Origin: Octopus sinensis
Taxonomy: Eukaryota
DNA length: 64,000 nt
Direction: 5' to 3'
Assembly: GCF_006345805.1 (NCBI RefSeq)
Contig: NC_043000.1
Span: forward strand, 94,488,001-94,552,000
Position numbers and translations under genes: made by a program. Under the pieces are notes generated by a model. It saw only the letters and a list, made by a program, of their open reading frames with translations, ran no database searches and had not been told where the DNA came from. Shown here in pieces: positions 1 to 12,055 of the stretch; within the stretch, counting starts at the first letter, position 1, and the number at the start of each line of letters is the position of its first letter.

Positions 1-85
1 CATGCAAACGGACAAATTTAGCCAGAACAACCTGTACATACATACATGCATACATACATATATACATACATACATACATAATACA

Positions 86-116
<31 letters not shown>

Positions 117-559
117 GTATACAATTATGTGCTTTAACTAAAATGTCAGAGGATTTTAACTCTTATTTCTAAAAATGTAGGTTTTTCTAACACCCTAGTT
201 ATATTTATTGACGATTATAGTTTTTCTTTTTTGTAAAACATTGCATACTGCTGTCTATATTAATTTTAAATGTGTGTGTGTGTGTGTGTGTGTGGAGATG
301 TGTACGTATATGTATGTATGTATGTATGTATGATGTATGTATGTATGTATGTATGTATGTATGTATGTATGTATGTATGTATGTATGTATGTATGTATGC
401 ATGTATGTTATTCTGTTTTATTTGAACATCTCTTGCTAATAGAGAAAGAGTCACCATCTAACCTAGTTTCAAGACCCCTTCATTCGAATTTCCACATCAA
501 CAGGGTATTTGTGCATGTATGTATGTATGTATGTATGTATGTATGTATGTATGTATGTA

Positions 560-790
560 TGTATGTACATGTGCAGTATTTGGAGTCATTGCTTTGGAAA
601 ATTTGTATATTTTCTTTTATGCATGTTTCTCATGCATATAGTTTCATGTCCCGAATTGCGCATATATACTTAAATGATAAGCTTCTGGAAATACTAAACT
701 TGTGCTTCGGAAGTTTGTTACACGTCTCAGTGCCCCAATAATTACAGGTATAAACCTGAACTTGTAATCCTGGTAGAGTAAATTATAAAT
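560..790 (-). mobile_element. R4/Dong-like (restriction-like endonuclease) non-LTR retrotransposon, 3' terminal fragment
   Basis: Minus strand reads LYQDYKFRFIPVIIGALRRV, the C-terminal motif after the RLE domain. It is homologous to 39985-40200 (shared cccaataattacaggtataaacctg). The 3' end runs into (ACAT)n. Confidence 0.7.
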
Positions 791-1071
791 TAAGCTGTGT
801 GTGTGTGTGAGTATTATGTATATGTACATATTCTCTATTAATAATATCTACTAATCTGTTGTAAATAAAGAATTAAGCGTCGTAAGAAATAGCCGCGAAC
901 TGAAGACGAACCGGTTTTAAGCAACGTCCAAACCATTCAACATCTTGCATAACTCTTTGTACGCTCAACTCTTTGTACGCTCCGATTCTATTCTATTTTC
1001 CATATAATTTTTAGGCTTTCTTAAAATTGTATGCTTTAATATTCTTTGTATCTTGTTTCAATAACTATTTA

Positions 1072-1309
1072 CTCTTTTACTTGTTTCAGTCATTTGACTG
1101 TGGCCATGCTGGAGCACCACCTTTAGTCGAAGAAATCGACCCCATAACTTAATCTTTGTAAGCCTAGTGCTTATTCTATCGGTTTCTTTCACCGAACCCC
1201 TAAGTTACGGGGACGTAAACACACCAGCATCGGTTGTCAAGCGATGTTGGGGGACACAGAAACACAAACATACACACACACACATACATATGTACAGACA
1301 CACACACAC

Positions 1310-1348
<39 letters not shown>

Positions 1349-1490
1349 CGACGGGCTTCTTTCAGTTTCCGTCTACCAAATCCATCCGAGGCTTTAGTAG
1401 AAGACATTTGACTACGGTGCTACGCAGTGGGAATGAAACCGGAACCATGTGGTTGGTAAGAAAGCTACTTACCACACAGCCACTCCTACA
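1072..1490 (-). mobile_element. tRNA-derived SINE, family A (octopus-type, with internal microsatellite)
   Basis: Minus-strand head GGAGTGGCTGTGTGGTAAG...GGTTCCGG with A/B-box-like motifs, an internal (TA)/(TG) tract, and a tail ending GGTGCTCCAGCATGGCCACAGTCAAATGACTGAAACAAGTAAAAG. At least 7 near-full copies in the window. Confidence 0.9.
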
Positions 1491-1563
1491 CCTATTTTAT
1501 TTTTTTTTATCATATCCTTCAATGAATGAATTTTTTGTCAAGCAAAACCAAATTTTCACCCTC

Positions 1564-2165
1564 GCACAGATATCGATGACACAGTCTGGCTCTGCGCAGA
1601 ACTGATCTGCAACATTAGAGTTGACAGCGCCAGCTGGCAACAAATTTGTATTTCATGTCGTCCTAGTTACCTTGGACAACTGTATTCTGGGGGACAGCAA
1701 GGTTTTCAGCTACTCAATCGGCTACATCTGACTACAGTTGCTGGGTCCGGTGCCCCATTAAAATAACCCTCTTCAGATATGAAGGATGCAAATCTTGGAC
1801 GCGACGTGCTACGACACGTTCTCCGACTCCAGCCTTCTCACATCAGCTGCTAACCCAGGTATCGACGCCCCTAATTCAAAAGAGAAATTAAAACAAATAT
1901 AGAGGTCCGACCGGCTGCTTTCATTTTGTGCCAGTCACCGTCGAGACCTCAGATGTCTCCAGACTCCGCACTGTTGAGATCTCCGGAAACCCGAGCTAAG
2001 TGCGGCCTGTCTGAGAAACGAGTCTCGCAAGATGGGATGGCTGGTACAGCGAGTGTCGCTGGACATTTTCCGTGACAACGCCTTTGCAATCACATCCGCG
2101 AGGCGCAGCTATACACGCCATTTGGATGGGATGTACAACCAGTTTTTCACCACCACCACCACCAC
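1564..2165 (+). mobile_element. CRE-clade-like non-LTR retrotransposon, degraded RLE domain and 3' end
   Basis: Manual translation across frameshifts gives WDATCYDTFSDSSLLTSAANPG, KYRG..CFHFVPVTVETSDV and WLVQRVSLDIFRDNAFAITSA. These match the WDAT.DT / F.PVAVET.G / QR.S.A..RGNA motifs of CRE-type RLE domains. Ends in a (CAC)n tail. Confidence 0.7.
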
Positions 2166-2926
2166 GTTCACTATTTTCTGCTGCTTAATTCCTCCCGCCT
2201 TTTCTTTTTTCCTTAGTTTTCTTGATGAGAGAGTTGTTTCGTTTTTCGTTTTTCGCCACAATTTGATCTTTTTATACAGTAAAAATTTGTTGCTAAATAA
2301 AAAGTTACTATATTTTAAAATTCAAGACGAGAAAGAAAAAATGGAATATAATTTACTCTCGGTGGAGATGTAACTTTATGATGGTAGAGTAGATTCGACT
2401 TGGAATAAGAGATCGAAGAATAGCGAAATCTACTGCCTTTAAGCTACTATATTAACTAGTTTCAGTTGATAACAACGTCTATAGAATATACGTCTTCCAT
2501 TGAAATAAAATATCCGCCGTAGTTTTGACAATTACAAGGGAAAATCAATATGAACGCTTCACAGTACTAAAATATTAAAACAGTACACGTACGACATCTT
2601 GCAAGGGACATAACTCTTTCAAAACTTTACAGAATTACCTCCAATAGCGTAATCTTCCGCCTATTCAGTCAGCTCATATAGGAATTCAATATAATTTCTG
2701 ATCCGTTTGGTGAGTTTGTATATAACATATATTTTAGCATCTTACCCCTCCAGCTCTGCAAATTAACTCTATATATTATAATTATATAAAATTACCGCTG
2801 TTACTTTCCATGATGGGTTAATATAGAAGTAGTATTGAGTGTGTTAGACTCCGGTAAAAGGCGAAGATCGTCGCTTATACGTTTAGATGTATATATACAT
2901 TAATATATATATATATATATATATAT

Positions 2927-5900
2927 TTTCAAACAATTGAGGGCAAAATTAATTAATTATTATCAATTTCACCAAGTGTTCAGTATGCAAGGGGACCATT
3001 CAAGGCGAATTCAAATTATTACATTATATAAAAGGGCTTAGTAAAATAAATTACTTGCCGCATACTGAACTCATTAGAAATAGCAGCTAAAAAACTTTTT
3101 TAAGGCTATTTCTAATACTTAAAGAAAATCTCTCTCATATTAGTGTTGGCATAATTTAACTCACAAAAGTTGGGGGTAATGACAAGAAAAATCAAATGCT
3201 AAGGTTATTCGAGAACGTACGTTTCAAGATTAGTCAAAACAACATTTCTATCATCGGCTCGGAAATTCCTTGGTTGGGATTTGGAAACACTGAAAATAAG
3301 AACATACCCTCTCGAAGATCTGCTCCCAACTAACAGTGCCAACAAATTCAAAATAAGCAAGCGAAGAATCTCTGTTCCCCTTCCACCAGCGTGGGTTAAA
3401 ATCATCAAACTCTATGCTTATTTCGGTAAAGTCCGAAGCATTAATCAGAGGGAGTTAATTATAATTTCAACAATTGAGGGCAAAATTAATTAATTATTAA
3501 TCAATTTCACCAAGTGTCAGTATGCAAGGGACATTCAAGGCGAATTCAAATTATTACATTATATAAAAGGGCTTAGTAAAATAATTACTTTGCCACATAC
3601 TGAACTCATTAGAAATAGCAGCTAAAAAACTTTTTTAAGGCTATTTCTAATACTTAAAGAAAATCTCTCTCATATATAGTGTTTGCATAATTTAACTCAC
3701 AAAAGTTTGGGGGTAATGACATCGAAAAATCAAATGCTAAGGTTATTCGAGAACGTACGTTTCAAGATTAGTCAAAACAACATTTCTATCATCGGCTCGG
3801 AAATTCCTTGGTTTGATTTGGAAACACTGAAAATAAGAACATACCCTCTCGAAGATCTGCTCCCAACTAACAGTGCCAACAATTCAAAATAAGCAAGCGA
3901 AGAATCTCTGTTCTCCCCTTTCAACCAGCGTGGGGTAAAATCATCAAACTCTATGCTTATTTCGGTAAAGTCCGAAGCATTAATCAGAGGGAGATAATTA
4001 TAATTTCAACAATTGAGGGCAAAATTAATTAATTATTAATCAATTTCACCAGTGTTCAGTATGCAAGGGGACCATTCAAGGCGAATTCAAATTATTACAT
4101 TATATAAAAGGGCTTAGTAAAATAAATTACTTTGCCGCATACTGAACTCATTAGAAATAGCAGCTAAAAAACTTTTTTAAGGCTATTTCTAATACTTAAA
4201 GAAAATCTCTCTCCATAATTAGTGTTTTGCATAATTTAACTCACAAAAGTTTGGGGGTAATGACATCGAAAAATCAAATGCTAAGGTATTCGAGAACGTA
4301 CGTTTCAAGATTAGTGAAACAACATTTCTATCATCGGCTCGGAAATTCCTTGGTTTGGATTGGAAACACTGAAAATAAGAACATACCCTCTCGAAGATCT
4401 GCTCCCAACTAACAGTGCCAACAAATTCAAAATAAGCAAGCGAAGAATCTCTGTTCTCCCCTTTCACCAGCGTGGGTTTAAATCATCAAACTCTATGCTT
4501 ATTTCGGTAAAGTCCGAAGCATTAATCAGAGGGAGATTAATTATAATTTCAACAATTGAGGGCAAAATTAATTAATTATTAATCAATTTCACCAAGTGTT
4601 CAGTATGCAAAGGGACCATTCAAGGCGAATTCAAATTATTACATTATATAAAAGGGCTTAGTAAAATAAATTACTTTGCCGCATACTGAACTCATTAGAA
4701 ATAGCAGCTAAAAAACTTTTTTAAGGCTATTTCTAATACTTAAAGAAAATCTCTCTCATATATAGTGTTTGCATATTTAACTCACAAAAGTTGGGGGTAA
4801 TGACATCGAAAAATCAAATGCTAAGGTTATTCGAGAACGTACGTTTCAAGAGTAGTCAAAAACAACATTTCTATCATCGGCTCGAAATTCCTGGTTTGGA
4901 TTTGGAAACACTGAAAATAAGAACATACCCTCTCGAAGATACTGGTCCCAACTAACAGTGCCAACAAATGATTTTAACCCACGCTGGTGGAAAGGGGAGA
5001 ACAGAGATTCTTCGCTTGCTTATTTTGAATTGTTGGCACTGTTAGTTGGGAGCAGATCTTCGAGAGGGTATGTTCTTATTCAGTGTTTCCAAATCCAACC
5101 AAGGAATTTCCGAGCCGATGATAGAAATGTTGTTTTGACTAATCTTGAAACGTACGTTCTCGAATAACCTTAGCATTTGATTTTTCGATGTCATTACCCC
5201 CAAACTTTTGTGAGTTAAATTATGCAAACACTATATATGAGAGAGATTTCTTTATTTAAGTATTAGAAATAGCCTTAAAAAAGTTTTTTAGCTGCTATTT
5301 CTAATGAGTTCAGTATGCGGCAAAGTAATTTATTTTACTAAGCCCTTTTATATAATGTAATAATTTGAATTCGCCTTGAATGGTCCCTTTGCATACTGAA
5401 CACTTGGTGAAATTGATTAATAATTAATTAATTTTGCCCTCAATTGTTGAAATTATAATTAATCTCCCTCTGATTAATGCTTCGGACTTTACCGAAATAA
5501 GCATAGAGTTTGATGATTTTAACCACGCTGGTGGAAAGGGGAGAACAGAGATTCTTCGCTTGCTTATTTTGAATTTGTTGGCACTGTTAGTTGGGAGCAG
5601 ATCTTCGAGAGGGTATGTTTTATTTTCAGTGTTTCCAAATCCAAACCAAGGAATTTCCGAGCCGATGATAGAAATGTTGTTTTCACTAATCTTGAAACGT
5701 ACGTTCTCGAATAACCTTAGCATTTGTTTTTCGATGTCATTACCCCCAAACTTTTGTGAGTTAAATTATGCAAACACTATATATGAGAGAGATTTTCTTT
5801 AAGTATTAGAAATAGCCTTAAAAAAGTTTTTTAGCTGCTATTTCTAATGAGTCAGTATGCGGCAAAGTAATTTATTTTACTAAGCCCTTTTATATAATGT

Positions 5901-6445
5901 AATAATTTGAATTCGCCTTGATGGTCCCTTTGCCATATGAACACTTGGTGAAATTGATTAATATTAATTAATTTTGCCCTCAATTGTTGAAATTATAATT
6001 AATCTCCCTCTGATTAATGCTTCGGACTTTACCGAAATAAGCATAGAGTTTGATGATTTTAACCCACGCTGGTGGAAAGGGGAGAACAGAGATTCTTCGC
6101 TTGCTTATTTTGAATTTGTTGGCACTGTTAGTTGGGAGCAGATCTTCGAGAGGGTATGTTCTTATTTTCAGTGTTTCCAAATCCAAACAAGGAATTTCCG
6201 AGCCGATGATAGAAATGTTGTTTTGACTAATCTTGAAACGTACGTTCTCGAATAACCTTAGCATTTGATTTTTCGATGTCATTACCCCCAAACTTTTGTG
6301 AGTTATAATTATGCAAACACTATATATGAGAGAGATTTTCTTTAAGTATTAGAAATAGCCTTAAAAAAGTTTTTTAGCTGCTATTTCTAATGAGTTCAGT
6401 ATGCGGAAAAGTAATTTATTTTACTAAGCCTTTTATATAATAATA
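2927..6445. repeat. ~540-bp tandem satellite array with an internal inversion
   Basis: The motif caattgagggc recurs at 2934, 3471, 4010 and 4553 (periods 537, 539, 543). From ~4970 the same monomer continues in reverse complement (cctcaattg at ~5439 and ~5979) to ~6445. Both ends abut (TA)n. Confidence 0.97.
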
Positions 6446-6857
6446 TTATATATATATATATTATATATATATATACATTTATATATATATACATTTATAT
6501 ATATACACATTTATGTGTATTATATATATATATATATCTATATATATATACATTTATATATATTTATATAGATATATACATTTATATATATTATATATAT
6601 ACCCATTTATATAAATTTATGTATATAATACATTTATATATTGTAATATACATTTATATATATGTATATATACAGTTATATATATGTATATATACTTTTA
6701 TAAATATGTATATATACATTTATAAATATGTATATATATTGCATATATATGTATATATATATGCATATATACATTTATTATATATGTATATACACATTTA
6801 TATATATATGTAAATATACATTTATATATATATATATATAATATATATTATATATAT
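6445..6857. repeat. Degenerate (TA)n / TATATACATT low-complexity tract
   Basis: Directly visible. Confidence 0.95.
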
Positions 6858-6949
6858 ATCATATCCATTAATGAATGAATTTTTTGTTTAACAAAACTAA
6901 ATTTTCAACCTCAATTCATTATATATATAAATATCTGTATATATACATT

Positions 6950-7024
<75 letters not shown>

Positions 7025-7078
7025 AGCTTAGAGAAGAAGAAGAAACCAAACCAAACCAAACGAATCGAATATATACAT

Positions 7079-7111
<33 letters not shown>

Positions 7112-7130
7112 ATATATATTATATATATAT

Positions 7131-9200
7131 TCGTTCATTCAAGTGGCTGCGGTCGTGCTGGAGCACCACCACCTTGACTGTCCCTCCTTATGCTGTGCTC
7201 CTTTCACATTCCTTGCTGGTCTCTTCTCCGCCAGCTGATGTAGTCCAATCAAAACTTTCAATGGCACATCTGGTGTATAAGAGAATTTGATATCGCTGCC
7301 CTCAACTGTGTCTCAAGTCGTGCCGTCGGTTCGTCTGGTATCGTGGATAGGAAAGTGTCGAGTTTCGTTTTGAAGACCTCTACATCCATGTCTTGCAGGT
7401 CTCTCAATTGTTCTGACAAGGTATTAAAGAGTTGATCTCCTCTGAAGCCGAGGCTGTAGCAATACCTATTTCTTATGTGATATGGAGTGGGCGGTACCCT
7501 TTGCGTTTCCCTAGATAATTCTCTACTGGCTGCAACTATCTGACTTCTACCATTCAGGAAGTCATGCAGCCACTCTCTTAATTTCACAGCTTGTGACATA
7601 TCATGCCATGATCAACATTGTCAAAGGCCTTAGCAAAAGTCGAGTTACATCGCATCAACATTTGAATAGTCTAGTAGCTGCTGCAGGACCCAGTCATAAT
7701 GCTGCAAGAGCTGCATGAGGCAGCTTCTACCTGGACGGAAGCCATGCTGGGGCTCATTCAACAAGTCATTTTCTTCTAGGTACGCAATCAGCCTCCTTCT
7801 GACAATTCGTTCCATGACTTTGCTAATACGTGAAGTCAGAGACATGGGCCTGTAAAGATGGAAGCCTCTGCTCTGCTCCACCTTTATGGATAGGACATAT
7901 GATGCCTTCCTTCAGCTTTTTGGGAAGTTTACCACTTGCAAGGAAATTCTGGAAGAATATCCGGAGTGGTACCGCTAATTCATGTTTGCATGACTTTAGG
8001 AGGGCAGCTGGGAAACCATCGGGGCCAGTTGCTGAATTTGAGCTCATTTCGTTTATGGCCGCTATTACATCTTCCTCTTCAATGTCAATGTAGGTAAGGG
8101 ATGCAGTCTTTTTCTGCTGAATGATATTGTCAAAAAAATCAGCTGGGTTCTTTATCTGCATGTGACTCAGTGGAGAAGGAAAACACTCTTGAATTGTGAA
8201 CTGAGCTCTTCACTTATCCATTTGGGGTCTGCAGTCAGTGAGTCATTAGGCAACAATAGGGGTCGTATTTTGTACTGTGCTGTGGCAGTCTCCTTTGTAA
8301 ATCTATAGAAAGCCTTGGGGCTTGTTTTTATGTTTTCTACTGCTGTCTTCTCCCTCTCCGCTCTCCTTTTCATGGGATAATTTAATTTTGTTTTCTATTT
8401 CTAACAGTGTTAGTTTTAATTTAGCCCTTTCCCTATCCTCCACTTCTTTATTAAACTGGTTTGAGACCTTTGTTCTGTGTCTGATAAGGATTTTCCTGTC
8501 TCTAGGAATTCTATTGGCATGTTTTCTGGTCTTTCTTTCTGGCACATATTTGGTACATGTATGGTTGACATAAAATGACTTATCTTGAGATCATTGTCTT
8601 GTATAGAAAAGCTGACATGTCAGTTTTGATTTCGAATCTCTTTGCAAATTGACTTCCAGTCCGCCCTGTGGAAATTCAGGTTGGATATGACTTGAGTCCT
8701 CCTGATGTGGTGGGTGTCAGTGGGTTGTCTAGGACCATACATTGTTAATTATATAATGTTATGATCTGAAAGAGATGTAGGTGTTATTTTCATATTATGG
8801 ATTAGGATCACATTGCTTGTGAAGCAGAGATCTAAAATATTACTTCTCCTGATTGGTTGGAGTATCACTTGTTCCATAAACAGCATGTTGGAGAGTTCTA
8901 ACAAAGATTTTGCCTGGCTTTGCTCATGCAGCGACATCCCAGAGATGATGTGACCTTCAGGCCCCTTAACATTTGGGAGTTTAAAGTCGCCTAGGAAAAG
9001 TATATTGATGTGTTGGTCCAGATTTGTTAAGACCTCTTCTATGCATCTGAGACTATCCTCAAATTTACCCTCCTGCTTTGAAGTATTTGGCGGACAGTAT
9101 GTTGAGCATACAACTTCATCAACTTGTTTTATGTGTACTGTTAAAGTGTCACGGACAGAGTTTGAGTTCTGATAAGAGTAGTATGGGTGTGACATCTTCT
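7131..9200 (-). mobile_element. CR1/L2-like LINE ORF2 relic (APE endonuclease + partial RT), internally deleted
   Basis: APE motifs YCPP, FLGDFKLP, ILDLCFT, SDHNII (8749-9195). RT motifs GPDGFPA, YRPMSLTSRISKVMERIV, QHGFRPGRSCL, DFAKAFD. C-terminal NSLIHQ. Many frameshifts, and the PQG/YADD region is absent. Confidence 0.92.
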
Positions 9201-9207
9201 CGGATGC

Positions 9208-9362
9208 ATTATGTTGTCCGGAAAGTTCGTGCCGATTTTTAAAGGAAAGAAAAAGTCAATAAATACTTGCCATTACATTTTTTATCAACCAAATATGAAC
9301 CATTTTATTGCACAATGCGTCTCCATCTTTCCTTTAACTTGAAAATACCCTCTTTCCAGAAG
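9208..9362 (-). mobile_element. mariner-like transposon 3' end fragment
   Basis: Minus strand reads FWKEGIFKLKERWRRIVQ*NGSYLVD*, a mariner transposase C-terminus. It is followed by the TIR-like sequence ATTATGTTGTCCGGAAAGTTCGTGCCGATTTT. Confidence 0.75.
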
Positions 9363-9773
9363 ATGGGATAAGAATAGAGATTTTGAGAAAGAGTGTAAAA
9401 CGAGGTGACTATAAGGGAAGTTGAGTGAAAACTTGAGTAAAAGGGAAGATTTTAACCTTAGGTTCTCAGAATGTGTGAGAGAAACGATTATATCGTCAAT
9501 TTATCATGTTTAATATGTGTTAAAAGTGTATAAATTTTGAATTTTGGTTATAATGTCATTTTCATTCCTGTTAGACACCCCTTATTAGTCCATGACAGCT
9601 TTTTTTCAGTTTGGTAGCAATCATTTTCTTTACCTCCACCCCAAGACGGAGCAATCGTTTAGCTGAGCTTAAAGAACACATTCAGGGAGCAGTGCAGGAG
9701 CTAATCGTAATGTGAAACATAGATCTCTAACTTATAAATCTTCAAAACATCAGTTAACCACGATAAAAATATT

Positions 9774-10188
9774 CTTTTCTACTCTAGGCGCAAGGCCCGA
9801 AATTTCGGAGGAGGCCAGTCGATGAGATCGACCCCAGTACGTAACTGGTACTTAATTTATCGACCCCGAAAGTCGATCTCGGCGGAATTTGAACTCAAAA
9901 CGTAGTAAAGACAGACGAAATAACTGTAAGAATTTCATCCGGCATGCTAACGTTTCTTATTTCTTTATTGCCCAAAAGGGGCTAAACATAGAGGGAACAA
10001 GCAAGGGCAGACAAAGGGATTAAGTCGATTACATCGACCCCAGTGTCTACCTGGTACCTAATTTATCGACCCCGAAAGGATGAAAGGCAAAGTCGACCTT
10101 GGCGGAATTTGAACTGAAAACGCAGCGTCGGACGAAATACTACAAAGCATTTCGCCCGGCGTGCTAACGTTTCTGCTAACTCGCCGCC
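9774..10188 (-). mobile_element. tRNA-derived SINE family B, head-to-tail dimer with 20-bp TSD
   Basis: Two units sharing GTTCAAATTCCGCC...GGGGTCGATAAATTA.GTACCAG. Flanked by TTAACCACGATAAAAATATT (9754-9773) and TTAACCATGTTAAAAATATT (10189-10208). Confidence 0.88.
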
Positions 10189-10621
10189 TTAACCATGTTA
10201 AAAATATTGACTGTAAGTGTGAGTAGGAAATTATCAGCGAGATCTCTTGATAATGAGATTTTCAGCTGTCTGCCGCACTTGTATGGAATAACTTAAAGAA
10301 TAGAAAGTAAAGTTAAACACTGAGACTCCTAGGTTAGGAACAATGTATACCCAGAAGCAGGAAAATAAATATAACTCGGTTTAATTCACAATATATTAAC
10401 AATGTGAAATTGTTAGTGCAAAACCAACAGACATTTTCCAACGGACCATAAGTACAATACAAATTTAACAGAAACAACATAAAGTTTATTTATCAGTTTC
10501 ACACTGACCATGAGGAAGCAAAATGATAAGAGAAAATATAAAGACATTTTATAAAAGAACTATGCTAGTAGGTGCTAAAAGGGGAGTCTAGCTCGAGTAC
10601 TTCTTAAACAGGATGTGTTTA

Positions 10622-10830
10622 ATTTCCTCCGCCAAGGAAGGAGGTTATGTTTTCATCGATGTTAGTTTGTCCGTCTGTCCGTCCGTGTGCAAAATGACTC
10701 AAAAAGCTATGAGCGGTATTTGATGAAACTTGCAGCAAAAGTTGGTTATGACACAATAAATAGATGATGAAATATTGTAGTGATCCGGGAATTTTTATGG
10801 ATTCTTGAAGGATTTTTCATTTGTTATATT
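10622..10830 (+). mobile_element. Helentron/DINE-like non-autonomous element 5' portion
   Basis: Begins ttcctccgccaaggaaggaggttatgttttcatc, then (GTCC)n microsatellite and ...tgatgaaacttg, the typical 5' layout of HINE/DINE-type elements. The 3' end is not confidently located. Confidence 0.5.
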
Positions 10831-12055
10831 TACTTTACATGAGGTATTACAATGTTACGTTCAGTTTTGATCTACCGAAGTTGCATCCATTTATGGTTAT
10901 AACTTGTTGACAATTCGTATTAGAAAATGTTCGTAGTCAACGTCTTTACATCGAACTACACACCGTTAGAAGTCCTGATGCTTAGAATTGTCTGAGATAA
11001 AATAAAATCTCTGCATCGACTTGTTATATATATCGCAGTGCAGATGAACACTTACTGTTCATCCGCAATGGAAAATCGAATAGTCTTTTCTCACCCACAC
11101 TATTAACTGATCTACGTTATTCAGAGAAAATTTCAGCTGGACATTTGTCCAATAATTGTGTGTTACTTCTACAGCTCTAAATTTAGACTTACAACATTAA
11201 TTCTATAGTTCACCTTGGTATCAGAAGAACATTTCATTTTATCGCTTTCTGTCGAGGTAGTGTTGTGAATCTGCAACAAACGCCACGTATGTAATAAATT
11301 TAAACTTAAATCGTATTGTCTGAAAGCTATTTTACTTATGAAAAAACCTAGCCATTCTTTTGAAATCTTATCAATAGACGTCAAAATAAATGAATAAATG
11401 AATGAATGAATAAATAAATAAATAAATAAATACCCTCCTCCGCATTCTAAAATTTCAAATATACACTTCGCTAACTTCGTTTCTATTTCTGAAATGTAAT
11501 CACTTATTCGTCCAGATACTGATGGGTCCTGTTTCCTGCCTCTGGAGATAAACTAAAACCTAAACAGATGCAACTTTCACGATCTCTTGTAATTCCTTCG
11601 AGAACTCGCAGAGCGAAAGGCAGAGTGGGATTGATTATCTGGAATTATATGAAGATAGCCCTTGAAAGTTGGCTGAACCCTAAATATAGTTACAGTCTCT
11701 GGCTGAAACAACTAAACGTAAAATTAATTTCAATATAGGTGATTGTATTACAGAACGTTCCACATAATTTGTGCAATAACAAACGAGAATTTCACGAAAG
11801 GCGCTTCTCATTTTCGTGAAATCTACTTCTACCGGTTCAATATTTATGCAATTCCAAATTCGAATTTATTAGTAGAACGCCTTGGACTTCTAAAGTATAA
11901 TCTTTATTTTGCTCATGTGAAATTCATAAATGCCAAGGAAGACCTGATTTCTACATGAGATCTAGCTCCTTACCGACACGAAACACATGAAATTATGCCA
12001 ATTATTCATGATGTACAGCCAGTCCAGCCTGCGATGGCAAATATACAGCAGTACT

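Noticed and set aside
205-741. ORFs rich in [20 protein letters not shown] here and throughout the window
   Set aside because: They are translations of (TACA)n, (TA)n and (CA)n microsatellites, which lack stops in some frames.
3205-6291. Repeated ORFs METLKIRTYPLEDLLPT... and MHNLTHKSLGVMTSK...
   Set aside because: They recur only because the 540-bp monomer recurs; frames break differently in each copy and no domain is recognisable.
2927-6445. Satellite or minisatellites as a CRISPR-like array
   Set aside because: Units are contiguous full-length repeats with no unique spacers, there are no cas genes, and the context is eukaryotic.
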